From Ptychomitrium polyphyllum (lineage: Eukaryota): DNA of 63,967 nucleotides. The number at the start of each line of letters is the position of its first letter. Within the stretch, counting starts at the first letter, position 1. The stretch spans positions 2,914,001-2,977,967 of the forward strand of contig OZ316775.1 of the NCBI GenBank assembly GCA_973851085.1. The letters run 5' to 3'. The position numbers and the translations under genes are program-made. The notes under the pieces are model-generated. The model was given only the letters and a program-made list of their open reading frames with translations. It was not told the DNA's origin and ran no database searches. This document shows positions 38,301 to 51,500 of this stretch, piece after piece.

Positions 38301-38503
38301 TTGGTAAGTGAGTTACTTTGGTAAGTGAGTTACTTGGTAAGTGAGTTACTTTGGTAAGTGAGTTACTTGGTAAGTGAGTTACTTGGTAAGTGAGTTACTT
38401 GGTAAGTGAGTTACTTGGTAAGTGAGTTACTTGGTAAGTGAGTTACTTGGTAAGTGAGTTACTTGGTAAGTGAGTTACTTGGTAAGTGAGTTACTTGGTA
38501 AGT
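38301..38503 (+). repeat. 16-bp minisatellite (TTGGTAAGTGAGTTAC), 12.5 copies
   Basis: 12 full identical units, two of them followed by an extra T (38317, 38350), plus a 9-bp partial unit. Confidence 0.98.
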
Positions 38504-39859
38504 AAAATATGAGATGAAATGTTTGTAGAGTGTGTTTTTCCTTATAAATAATAATTTTCAACAATCAATAACACAAGTGTTAAAGCATTCTTAGTTTAGA
38601 AGAACCTTTGGCACTTAAAAATTTAAAAATTTACTGGGAGAACTTCGTTAGCTTCAAAGAAATTTAAAATTTGAAGCTCCCTAATTATTTTAAAACTTCC
38701 TTATTGATGCTTTAAAATATAATTTAAAACTCCATTTTATCCTTTTTGTGTTAGGAATGACTTTTAAAGTGTATTTTACAAAACAAAATCCTTTGAAAAG
38801 ACTTAAGAGTTAGCTTTAATATAAATATATAACTTATTTAATATATAATTATTTTATAAACTCAGTACTTCATGCCATAAAGGCATAAAATGATTTATTA
38901 GAAATATAATTACTATAGCTTTTTAAGGAGATATTAGAATTACTTATAAACTTACATTTTATTCTCATCTAAAATTCACATGTGGTCTTATATTTTTTTC
39001 AAATAAGATTTTTTTTATTCTTTTATTAGAATTTATAATCTAAAAAGACAATTTTTCACCTACCTTTAATCAATTCATTTAGAATCTATGGTAAAAATAT
39101 TTTTTCAGTAACTTACAAGGCAAGCATAAGAATCATAAGTGAAAAAAAAAGATAAATTTATAAATAACTCTATTATATGTAAAAATTGATTAAAAAAATG
39201 GGCAAAAAATCATAAAAAATTTAATTCAAGGCAAAATAATTTTTATAATTTTTGTTGTGTGAGTTGATCAATAGCTCTATATAATGTAAAAATTAATACA
39301 GAACTTCAATTTTTATTTTAAATTATTATTTAGAATTAAAAGTTTTATATTAATTTCTTTTAATATTAAAGAAAATTAAAAGAAATTTTTTATTTATTAC
39401 AAAATTCTTGGAAGTGGACTTATATTAAGCCATTTTTCAAAAGAATTTCTTTAAATTTAATGAATAAAAATGAATTGACACTTGCAAGTCAAAATAATCC
39501 CATTCTTGATTAATTACCAATTACTCTCTTTATACAAAAATTTATAATGTAAATATTTTTATAGTATCATTTAAATAAAGGCAATCATTTTAATCATCCC
39601 ATATTATTTCATATTTTATTAAGATTTTGACAATACCCAAAAATAAACATTTTTTATTTTTAAAATTATAATTTGGCAGTGGACTTTTTCTATGGCATTA
39701 TACAAAATAACTTTAAATTCTTTTATTAATCTTTACTTGAAGTAGAAGTGAAGTTCCAACTTTTAGAAAAATAAAAAATTATGATTTTTACTTTACCTTA
39801 TGCAAATACATATTAATATTGAAAAAAATATTTAATTTAATTATTTTGATAAATAGAAT

Positions 39860-40040
39860 ATATTCATCAAAATATTGTATATATATCATACCATGCAATT
39901 TGGAATCAGTTAACATGATACTTGCAACATTTGAAGAAGTAGAATGCATTATTAATGTGCAACTAATAATTTTGATAAATATACCACCTAGCAACATTCT
40001 TGAGTTCTTCATATGGCATAAGTAGCAATTCAATGTACAT
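39860..40040 (-). mobile_element. Possible hAT C-terminal dimerisation-domain relic
   Basis: Minus-strand remnants PYEELKNVAR and DSKLHGMIYIQY (different frames) resemble PELQRLA..RLNDLVYVHYN. Context is AT-rich decay. Confidence 0.3.
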
Positions 40041-40695
40041 TGCAATTATAACATGAATAATTAGTAGTACAACCAATTACATTGGTACTTTAATATTATT
40101 GTGGCAAAAGTACCTCAATTTGATAAAGTAGTGAGCTTCTAGCTACAACTAATCACTCAACATAATGATAAGATGGTATAACTCAAGTATTTGTATTAAT
40201 AAACCTTAATAAATCAAGGTATTACAATAGATTAATATTCTTCACACAAAACCACATCTTTCTTTCAACAGTCACTTCACTTTCTTCATTCTTCTATCCA
40301 AGCTAATTACTGCCTTAACTAACATTTTTTCTTAATACTTTCTTTTAGCACTCCTCTTTCACATTTTTTCTCTTAAAACTAAATATAAATTCTCCTACTA
40401 AAACTTTGGGAAAAAAAAATTTTAAACTGTTTTTAAAACCTCACAATCTCTCTTCTTATACTTGGCTTGGTGTCCCTTTCTTTCCTAAAGAGTTTTCAAA
40501 ACTCTGCTAAAATGGTGTTCCTTGGAAATTCCCTCCGCAATCACATGTCCTCGCCGCAGCTTCTTGATCACATTGCACCAACAAATAACCTATTTTTAGA
40601 GCAGCTCTATTTTGTACTCTTATATCCTTACCAAATCCGTTCCTAGCCTCTTTTCACCAACAAACATATACACACTTTTTAAATAAATAGAACTA

Positions 40696-40697
<2 letters not shown>

Positions 40698-40733
<36 letters not shown>
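40698..40733. repeat. (TA)18 microsatellite
   Basis: Read directly from the sequence. Confidence 0.95.
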
Positions 40734-40737
<4 letters not shown>

Positions 40738-41404
40738 GAGTAGATAGTGTTAGAGTGATTTAATTAATTAGTTTAAAAACTCCAAACTTAATATTCATGT
40801 TAATTTAAAGTTAGTTTCATATCAACCCCGCCCTACTTTGCTTCTACCTCACTTCACTCACATCCTCGCACATGCCAAGCTCCTCTATCTTGCATAGTTC
40901 CTTGTAAATATTCCCCCAATACTTGTAAACATCACCTCCACTTTCTTTGCCTAGTAGCCACTCAAGCTTTGCCCAACTCACATCTAGCCTTGTCTTGCAT
41001 GGTCCTTGATACAATCCCACTCACATCTTGTACCCACAAAATCATCGTCTTCTCACATAAATCTTTAAGTCCACCATGTCAGATCCTTGGACACCAAAAT
41101 TAATTAGTACATACAAACTTTGATTGCATAATGGTTGCAAATGGAGGAGTGTGTTGACAAGCACAGGTGACAAAGTGCTTCTTGAAATGAAGAAATGTGA
41201 ACAAAACAAGAAAAACAAACCTGAAGGGGTCTTGATGTTCTTCATTCAGCTTTGCTTGTTGTGATAGCACGTGTCCTGCTTAGAATCAGCAAGGATGGGG
41301 CGTGTTTGGCAATGACTTGGGATCCAAGACCACTCAGGAAGGCCCTGCGATCAGAAGACTCCCTGCGAAACCCCAGTCTGTGCAATTGGGAACTCCGTTT
41401 TGGT

Positions 41405-41486
41405 GTTTAGGGCTCCATTTTAGGGTTTATCGTTTAGGTTTTCGTTTTTTAGGGCTAAGATTTTTAGGGTTTGGTATTTAGGGTTT
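41405..41486 (+). promoter_or_regulatory. Telo-box cluster (TTTAGGG/TAGGGTTT) upstream of the GlcNAc-kinase relic
   Basis: Five TTTAGGG heptamers in about 80 bp, three of them full TAGGGTTT telo-boxes, just ahead of an ATG (41533) and a CAG|GTGAGG donor (41590). Confidence 0.6.
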
Positions 41487-41532
41487 GAGGTTCGGAGTCC
41501 GGATGGGTTCGAATTCTTGTGGGTTGACAGCG

Positions 41533-44140
41533 ATGGCTGTCGGAGAGTTGTCGAGGTTAGGTTCTCGGAGCTACTGGATGAGGCGATCAGGTGAGGAAAA
41601 GTTAGCGTTAGGCGTTTATGCAAATTGAATATCTATCGAGAGAGTGAGAAAGTGAGTGTGTTTGTGTTTGTGTTTTGTGCAGCGGAAGCGCAAACTCACG
41701 TAGAGGCGACGTGTGGCTATGGCAATGATTTGGTGTTACCGTCTGTCTGGAATTTCAACGGATTGCTCAACTGGATGTATCGTTGGTGGTAAGCCAAGCT
41801 TGCTAATTCTCCCTATCTGCAGTATTAATCTGATGGAAGTTGCAATTACTGGATTGGAAAATGTGTGCAATGGCAAGCAGGTTTCGACTATGGCGAATCG
41901 CCAACTATTATTTACTTGGGAAGGGAAGTTTGTCGCTGATTGACTTGAATCGAGATGGCATGGGAGGTCTTTACTGGAGAGTTTCTTCAACCCAGTCAAG
42001 TGAGACTAGTTTTAGAAAGAGCTCGGACCAATTACTCGTCCTGCTGACGCTTTTTCTAAGTTTGACGTGGATTAGCTATCTCATTTGTTTGTACAGATTG
42101 TAGAACCGTTCTTTCTATCATTTAACCTTCTCTGTACATTCTCCTTTCCATGTTTATTAGCTATGCATAGCACAGCGTTTCTAAATTCTGTTCTCGCAAT
42201 TGTGGATCAATATTTCTTGCTCTGCTATGTTGCAGCACGATCGATGGAGATATCGATGTAAAACAGAGACCTCTTTCTTAACCAATTTTATGAATTGTGG
42301 GTTACCTTGGAATTTAGAATTATCTTTTCCCACTAGCTCCCATAGTTATGAAGTTATGAAGCCGGTACAGTTGAAGTGGGCGTCACTTGTGATCCTGAGT
42401 ATCCCACAAGTTTAATGTGACCGTTTCTTTTGCTAGAAACGTAATGTTTTCAGTACGTTGGTTTTGTTACAATATCAACCCTTTTCTGCCTCTTCCCATG
42501 AAAAGATGCCTGCAACGAAACGCCATGGTTACTTGAATTCTATGCTGCTTTTTCGATTTCTAGTTAGGAATTAGATATTTTTGAGTTTGAGTGATTGAGT
42601 AGTGCCGAGGCTTGTGCTCATGGAGAAATGTTTTTGGGATTGTGGGCATGCATGCATCAGATGGTGAAGACGATACATAGCGAATTTGTGAACAATTCTT
42701 TGGTTTATGTACTTGTAGCCTTGCACGCAGTGCGCAGCAAATAATCCTGTGCTATCGAATTAAGTTTCTGGAATATCCGTATCATATTCCTTGAACCTGA
42801 GAATACATGACGCGATGAAATGAAGATCCCTTCGCAGTGGGTGGTAGAAGCTTCTTGATGTCATTGTTTTCGGTTTGAAACATGTACTCTTAAATCCTTG
42901 TCAAAGTGACCGAGCGCTTCTTATGTAGATCTCTTACCGATCAAAGTTCTTAATAGTTTATGTTATCATATCCTGCCTTTTCACTTGTAGTCCGTAGTTG
43001 TCTTCGATTGAGCGTTCCCATCATTATCTTTTCGTGATCTCGTCTGAAACTGAATTCTGAGCTCTTTAAAGATATCAGCTTCTGTAAGCCCTTACAAACC
43101 ATGCCATCTGTTTCTACCTCCCTTGTACCTGCACTCTACTCTAATTTTACGTAAATGACTGCGTTGACATGTGATGACGCTTATTCAAAGTGAACATTAT
43201 AGTCAAGTGCCAACAGGAAATTTCTGAATTCTCACATAGCTGTTTCATTTTTCAGAAGTGGATGCAGAGATTGCTATTAAGGAATCACTGGCTGGCGCCA
43301 AGGAGACCGCTAATTCACCTCAATCTGTTGTTGTATCGGTGTGCCTTGCCGCTGCTGGAGTTGATCGCCATTGTTGGGTACAGGGACAGGATAATCTGAA
43401 TATATTGTCTTTTCATTTTCTTTTCTAATTTTAAAACAAAATCTTTTCTAGTTTTTGAAAAAGAAACCTTTTCATGATTTGTCTCAGTCGTCTTACACTA
43501 ATTTTTGTGCAATTAAACGTTGACAAGCACATATTTCCAGGTGTACAGGTATTTGTACATAATGATGCTGTTGCGTTTCTTGGCAGTGGATGTGCTAGGA
43601 GTCTTTATGGCTGCGTTCTGGATGCTGGTCGGGAAACCGTAGCTCTGGGATTTAATGAAGACAAAAAGTTCACACTGATGTCAAGAATTGGGCCTACGCT
43701 TGGAGACCAGGGTAGGTTGGCTTTAGTTCTATTTGTTTGAGATCTGTCGCATGCTGAGTTCACCATTTATTATCCTTCATAGATAATAAAGGATCCATTC
43801 TTGAAGGAGATAATAATGGCATAGCATGATATCATTAACTTTGAGAGTCTTTCATTTGATGAGGGCAACCTGGTTTTAATAAGAGGTTCAAGTTACTTCT
43901 GACTTATTTGAATTTCCCGGCATTATTTGCCCAGTGGCTATGTAATTGCATTGCAGGCTCTTGCTGCTGTGATGAGGCCAGAGGATGGACAGGGTACATA
44001 GACTCTTCTTGAAGGCGTGTGTCCCCTTTGATACGAGTAGTGGAGGCTTGTGCTCGAGATGGTAACGCCGTGGCTGCACGGTTGCTTGAAAGATACGTTT
44101 CAGAATTGGTCTTAATTTGTACAAAGCGTTGTAGAGACGC
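41533..44140 (+). pseudogene. GNK: N-acetylglucosamine kinase (BadF/BadG/BcrA/BcrD family, plant GNK-like) pseudogene, 3'-truncated
   Basis: An exon ending TDCSTGCIVG|gtaagc (41788) splices in phase to 43256 EVDAEIAIKE..SVCLAAAGVD. Then HIFPGVQVFVHNDAVAFLGSG..GCVLDAG..GPTLGDQGS, intron 43716-43934, GYVIALQALAAVMRPEDG (stop 43999-44001), and after a deletion VVEACARDGNAVAARLL. The start at 41533 is tentative. Confidence 0.82.
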
Positions 44141-44203
44141 TTTTTAACATGTAACATCATGCAACATGTAAATTTTGATATGCTACTTGTTGGGGTTGAG
44201 CAG

Positions 44204-44765
44204 AATGGCGCCCACCACACTGTTGAAAATTATAGCGTGCAAGAGAAAGAACTCAATGGTGAGGCTCAAATCTACACATGGCGAGATGCCATCTTGCGAG
44301 AGCTGACGGATCTGGTAAGTACACTGATCGTTATGTCAGTTATTCTAGTTATGCATTTGTATTTGTATTGATGATAACGATGTCAAGTTGACCAAAGTGT
44401 ACGAGTATGGTTGATCCTTAAAATGCATCAAAATTTGTAAGCCTTTCTACAGTAAGTGAGTTTCCATGTCGTGTCTGGGCCTTTCTATAGTTAGTGTAAC
44501 CGAAAAAGATATCTTCAGTAACATTGTTTCTTACTTTCAGGTGAAGAAAGTAAGTCCTGCAGCAAGAAAGCCAGATGCACGGTTGTCATTTGCTTTTGTC
44601 TACCCTGACCGACGTGGTCGCAATGTGATTCGTGTTATAAGCCACTTTTTATCTGAATTGGGATAGCAAATTCACTGTTCAAGATGAGATTGCATTGAAA
44701 TGATGTCAAATTTCCATCGGATTTTGCAGACTGGGAACTTTTTGAGTGTACTTAGTCTCAACTGA
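44204..44765 (+). pseudogene. SAP18: SAP18 (Sin3-associated polypeptide 18) 3' fragment, pseudogene
   Basis: Exon 44204-44314 is NGAHHTVENY..EAQIYTWRDAILRELTDL. The exon from 44541 is VKKVSPAARKPDARLSFAFVYPD..VIRV, joined by a deletion to LSELG*Q (stop 44664-44666). The last exon 44730-44765 is TGNFLSV. The VDREKTCPLLLRVF N-terminus is absent. Confidence 0.88.
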
Positions 44766-47700
44766 AATCTAGCTAAAGAATATCATTGTTATCAGTCTTC
44801 GTATAGATCTTTCATCTTGAGCTGTCCAAGAGAGGAAATCAGTATAGTGGATGTATCTTCAAGCAGGAGAGCAGGGTACGCAAGTTTAGACATAATAGGT
44901 CCATTCAGGATTGAGAACCTGATTTGTAAATGCGTGTCACAATTGTGTGTACCATGGTCATTGAAGATAATGTTGAAGATTTCGTAAAAGGCTGTTTTGA
45001 AGTCTCTTTTTATTTTAATCTTCTTTGAGCTTTTTCTCCCACTGATTATGTGAGTCTCTCAAGTACTCTTATGAGACTCATTTGGTAGAAGCTGTCAAAG
45101 ATCTCAACATGCCAGCTCTTTCATCAAGAAGGAATGCCATAGAACAATTAATTTAAGTTGCTGTTTGACTTCATTGAGTCACGTACTGATCAATTCAGTT
45201 AAGCACTTTCTGTTAAATTTAGTTAATTGAGGATATGGATGAGAACTCAACCAGATTGGGAGAATGGGCTCACGACGTTACGAGGCATTTTTGCAAGAAG
45301 CTTTCGAAGCAAGAGTGTGCCCTATTTTCCCCAAATGTTCACTCCTGAACTATTTGATGACAGTTTGTATGGTCCTTCAGAAGCATGAACCTAGAGAGTG
45401 TGTGAGCAGCGATCAACTGGGCATCATGTGGCAATCTATTCCTATCTAGTCTCGGACAAATGCTTCATTTTGTGTATGCACTTTTAAATAATTCTCATGA
45501 GCTCTTGGGAAATTCGTTCCAAACCAGGGTCGGGCTGCATACGGATCTTTCAGAGAGTGCACTAAGTAAATTTGCATAGAGTAGCTGATTATTTCACGTG
45601 CTGGTTTTAGGTGGATTTCTCAAGATACTCCGAAGGTTAGCTAATGGCATTGAAGGACTGGATTACATCGGATCCTGGAAGTTAGCATATATTTTCGCCG
45701 TTACTGGTAAGCCATAGCCACTTATTTATGTTTCTTTGATATCGGATAAGTTATTTGGAGAACGTCGATATGTATCTCATGGAATAAAAGTTCTATGTTA
45801 ACAATCCGGAGTTGACGTCAATATAACTGCTGAGCATGTGCCGCAGACATGTTGTCTTAAAAGTTTTTTGAAGATTTATTACTTATGAATATTTGAAGGA
45901 AAGGTCAGGAGTAGCGTGCATTATTCTGGCCAACCTGAAACTGGTGAGAAGGGATGAGAGAGTGTATTTTCTTCCATTTGGAACTGTTTGGGTTCTTAAT
46001 TGGAGTGAGCGTGAGTGTATCCTCAAGCGAAGCTCCTAAAATCATGTGAGATTGCAAAGTAAAGGTAACATGTAAATCATGTCGTACTGGTTCACCTTAT
46101 CTTTAAAAAGGTGCACATATTGGCATGTCAATATTTAAGTATCCCCCTCTCACCTGAGGTCTTATTCCTGAGATGCTGATCTACTCTCCTTTTTTAACGA
46201 TGAGGAGATCGTGTAGCAAAATAGTCAGTTCATAATTAAGTCGTTGTTTGCAGATGCTGTAAGGCCTTTACCGAATTTTAATGTCGAGCTGGTAACGGTG
46301 GTATGGTTTAGTTGGCCATATTCTAATGAATTAGAGAAGCTGGATATTTCCTTACCCTTGCAAAAGATCCACTTATTCATGTGCCTTACGTCAAAAGCGA
46401 TGAGTAACCAGAAGTCTGATATATCGCCACTTTAGGTGAGTTTCCAAATTGCTCGAATATGCTTACACAAGATGTAATGCTAAATATGGCAATAGACAGA
46501 ATACTAAAGATATTCTCTTTGCGTTCAAGGCCATGCTTGTTCAATACCTTGCTGATGAAAATGCTTCGTTATAAATACAATTCTCTTAAGCAAATTAACA
46601 CTTTTGTGTCTCCTCGAAAGCTTCACCACGGTTTGGATATATGTTTGTGCTGTTTCTTTTTAGCCCTGTCAACGAAGCCTCAACACGAAGGATTGATTTT
46701 GGAGAGGAATAAATTGCTCACGTTCTTCAAATTTTCCTTGATTGGTTTGTTTTTAATTATATTTTATAATTATGCATTCATCAAACATCTTCATAATTTT
46801 CCTTCCACTCTGGAACTCCGGGATCAAAGAGTTGACATTCATATGACATCCTACAAACCAGCACTCGGCCATATATTGTAGTAAACACTCATAAATGATT
46901 AGGATATATCATGTACATAAGTACGTACCACCTCATGTTCCTCCAAGTACTCTCCTTAGAGTTCGGCTAGTAGCCTGAGGTTGGTGCTATTGGTGTTTTG
47001 GAGAACTGCAGCTCTCCAAACTTTTGAATTTGAGCAATTACACATGATTGAATTATTGGGTACCACATCAGAGGGTGTCCTTTTGCAATAATCACTCCAA
47101 ACGACATGATCACGCCAAATGTAAAAACTGGATTTTAATCTCTGTACCAATAGGAAGACAGTCTAGGACTAACCCATGCAGATAGTGCTGGAATGGACAG
47201 CCCATGCAAACCCTCTTTAAGGGAGCTTTTGAACAGGCTTCCTTTAGACAGTGCCCAACTGATTTCATCTGACTCTTATTTTGTTAGTCCCAATTTCCAT
47301 CACCATTCCATGGCTAGTGTGTTGATACAGTTTCCTAACGTTGAACACACCTGCATTAAATTCCTTGACTATTTTGTTGGCAAGTAACAGAGATGATGCT
47401 CTGGACGGGGTTCCATCAACGTGAACCTGACAACCTGCTGATCTGTTTACTTTAGTATTAATTTTTGATTCGCTATGAGTGTAGTCACCTGAAACTCTCC
47501 TCAGAGCTTCTCCACTGCAGAGAGCTTTAGACTCCATGAACTTCATTTCAAAGGGTGTTTAGAGCTCAAAGGTCCTCTCCCAACATCAATCAGTTCCTTC
47601 ATTGCTAAAATAGAAGGGCACGCATTCTTCCAAAGCCCCTTTGATCCTTGACTTTTCTAGGGACATCAAGGTCCTCTTCTTTGATCTGCAGACAAATCAT

Positions 47701-48599
47701 CTCCTCTTTTTTTAATGTTTAACGGAATTCTCCGTAGCTAAATATGAGACCTTTTAATCAAACGTAGTGGCTCATTCATACTAAAAAAATTTAATTATTT
47801 TGATCTTTAACTGAAAAATAAAGATTTTTTTAAATCCAAAGATTAAAATATTGAAGATAAAATCTTTGTGAAAGTTTACAAAGATGAAACCAATGATGCC
47901 AACTTAAATTCTGAAATGAAGGTGAAAATTCAAAAAATAAAATTTGGAAATATTTAAAAAATCAATAAAATTTGAAATCAGATCATAATGCTGAAGTACT
48001 ATAGTTTATGAAGTTAGGATTAGTTAAATATTAGATGCAATTAGTATGATTAGAATATGTTTTATCTGGGTATTGATAAGATGTGCCTTATACCAAGGTT
48101 TCATAAGTTATATTTAATCTAGATGTCAACAAACTATATTCAACAAAATATACTAAATAAAAGTATGCAACAACTGTATACTTTTATTGAGCAATCAAAA
48201 GATAGTTTACATATTGATTTCTAGTGTATAGTAATTTATAATTACTTCCTTCATGATTTTATATAAGTAGAATAAATTATTTTAAAGTAAAAACATAAAT
48301 TAAAGCATATTCATTTCATACAACTTAAATTTATTATTCTTTTACTTAAAAAATCTTTAGTTTTAGACATACTCTATTCTATGGCAGAATTCAAATCTAA
48401 TTAGTAATGAATACAAAATTGTAAGCAATACATAGAAGTTAATAGTTGTATAATACCAATTGAAAATGCTTGATAGAAATTAGGTTAGTATATAGGTTTG
48501 ACCATTTGAGTCTACATATGTATAGCAAGACCTTGAAAACTAAAAACTATATTGAAAAAAGGTGCGCTTGTTACAATTGCAAGAATGCAGGGCATGCAG

Positions 48600-51500
48600 C
48601 TGCGTGAAAGTAAGAGTCTCTCAACTATACACATGCCACATGAGTTAACATGTCCTAATCGTTGTATTAACTAACAATAGTAGATCTGGATTAGGAAAGA
48701 GAAAATGAATCTCCTACATAATCCCCTTTCAGGAATCCCTCCAAAGTCAAGTTCAGGGGTGGTTGGAGGGGTTTGGGATGGAGATACTCTTACTCATGCC
48801 AAAAATGTTGGCGTCATAGACTTGGACTGTCCAAGGGCATCATTCTCAGGCTGACGTTGCAGGGCGATGAGCCATCATTTGGGGTGAAGTTCATGTGAAT
48901 GGTAACTTGTAATCTAGTCCATATATCATGACACTTGATCAGAGAATATGATCTGCATAACTTCACATTGACATCCCTTTACATACATTGCTGCAGGCAA
49001 CACGCGCGGCCATATTTAGTATCATATAGGGCTTCACCTTCCCTTCCCAGTTTGTAGTTGCAGGTAACTACAATGTCACAAATTCTTGGTTGTGACCTAT
49101 GGCTTTGCGAGGAACCTATTTTTCTTGTAGTGTGTGATGTGTAGGATGTTCTAAACGGTAAATGGTAAAAGCTTAGCAATAGATGCTTGCCACAATGTCC
49201 TACCTGTTGCATGGTAAGTGAAGTAAGTGGAAACCAAATTGTAAATTTTTGCAGCAAGTTCTGCAGTGTGTAAATCGAGTTCTGCAGCGTGCAAATCGAG
49301 TTCTGCAGCGTGCAAATCGCTGCATCCTGCTACAGGATGTGTGAACGGGCTCTGAATCTCATGTCGCAACAATTTAAACCAAAAGCAGGCTAGATTATAT
49401 GCATACAACCCTGATACACATCTACTGTGTTTCCTATGAAGTGGGCCTTCGTGTAGGCTCCTCGGATACATAGTCAACAGGAGTGTAGGCTGTGACTCAG
49501 CTGATATTGAGGAAGACCTTCTAACGGATCACCTCGTCTTTTCTGATCTTTTCTGATGCATCCCTGAGAAGCGTACAGCAAGTGACAAGTTCCAACTTCC
49601 ACGCCTCTAGGTGGGACCGCCCCAACTGCTGATGAAACCTCACGCTCGGCAGCCTTGGCTCTGATGGTAGACTACTAGGTACCTACTTGGTGCAGTAGTA
49701 TATTGCATTGGCATTAAATCCTTCACCGCACGAGCGTTCCTCTCCAGGTCCTTTTGCACCCAACTTTTAAGGCCAAGCCCACGGCCTACTTATAAGTACT
49801 GGACGGTGAAAGAAGGATGAAAGTGTAGGATCATATTACGGCTCTCACTATTCGACTTTCCTTAGTTGAAGGTCAATGATAAGCCAATTTATAAACCACA
49901 CAAATCTAAGCATGGTAGTACGTTAGCTCCAGGACTAGTTAAACTGTCTAGTCTTAGAAATGATACTTAAATATCGCTTGGCTGAAATCATCTGGCCCGG
50001 ATATCATCTCCGTGATCCCGGGAATGGATTGAGTTTGTAGATTATGTATGTCTGAGACGCTGATTAACTCTTGATTAAATTTGAAAGTATGAGTTACTGC
50101 TCTTGAAGATGCGGGGGTTAGTGGGGGAGTGTCGATATGGATCATGGATGTGACTCCTCCGTGAATCTCTATCTTCATGCACAGTGAGACAATCCGTGGA
50201 GATCAGATGCTTTTCTATTCATGGACCCGTTGTTCTGCACAGCTGGAATTACACCTAAGTTTGGTGGCGTCACTTTGACTCTAGTACAAGCCAAGAAAAG
50301 ATTGAAACTGCAGGATATTATCATCCATGCCACCTTAAAAATGGACTAAACCCACCTGCACTTCGAAATGGCGCGGCCTGGCAACCTCAACCAAGAGGTA
50401 GGTGCGCCAAGGAAAGGCATCATTGGCATCTATGGCATCAATGGCATCATCAGGATACATCAATATTGGCCGATAATGCCTGTTGTGTTGGCGATGCACC
50501 ACGAAGCCAAGCTAACACTGGACGCTTATCGAATCCATCATGAGGTTTGACTGGTGATGTCCGTGTGCGAATGGCGTGAAGTGGTGCACTTCAGCTCTAA
50601 GCTCCCCCTTAAATGTGTGGACTAGTAATCCTACGAGGATGGAGACCCTTGAGCTGCCTTCGTCCAGCCAGCGCTGAAGCCTGGAGGCTGGTCTCGATTG
50701 CAAACTTGCATTTTTAAGACATTTCCTCAAAAGGGGATCAATCTTCAACTTGAGAGTTGCATTTCCTTTGACTGACTGCCATTGAACAATAGTACTATCA
50801 GTCACGAATCAATTGATTGATTCAAAGCTGATCGACATCACCGCTCAAATTGCATGCACCTCTTTCCGTTTGGCATAGGAAGACTCAAGTCTTATCCTTG
50901 CAGTGCAACGAAACTTCTAAATTATGGTCTGAATAAAGAGCTTAAGTTGACCATTTGTGGAGTAAGAGATCTTTTTCCTAATTTTGCTGATCCTCGAATG
51001 AGACGAGTGACCACCCATCTTCTGCAGTTACAAAATCCTGATTCTCCATAATTTGCTAGAAATGTACATGGTACCATAACCCGGGGGAAAAGGGGAGGTG
51101 GACAGTTGAATATATTGCGTTGGACTTGTTCCTCTTTCCTTGTTCCCCGAGGATGCTACAACATGAAACTGTACCGTTACCCATAATCATTTAAGTCCTG
51201 TGGTACCCCAATTTCCTGCAGTTGAATCCCTGCTTTATTGTTGCACACTGATTGGGAATATATAGCCCCTCTAAGCCGGTGAACTGCCTGAGTACAATGA
51301 TTAGAGGAGCATGTACAAACATGAAATTCACAACATGATCTCCGGGACATAAAACCAACTTCCTGTATTCTAACTCTCTAGCACCATGCATTATCTATAT
51401 ATCTATCTCCAAATTAGACCAACCTTGACCACAAGACCTCAGATTCTAGTGGCCAACAAAGTATGCATCAACCCCAGCCTTGCCTCAGTTCGTGCCTGTG

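Noticed and set aside
38301..38503. CRISPR-like array
   Set aside because: The units are head-to-tail with no unique spacers, the context is eukaryotic and there are no cas genes.
41405..41486. Interstitial telomere or chromosome-fusion scar
   Set aside because: The TTTAGGG units are dispersed rather than tandem and lie just upstream of a gene start, as expected for telo-boxes.
41500..41520. tRNA gene suggested by the B-box-like GGTTCGAATTC
   Set aside because: No A-box at a suitable distance and no cloverleaf stems can be formed.
44015..44040. SAP18 N-terminal CPLLLRV motif
   Set aside because: The resemblance needs a frameshift, and both flanks continue as GlcNAc-kinase sequence.
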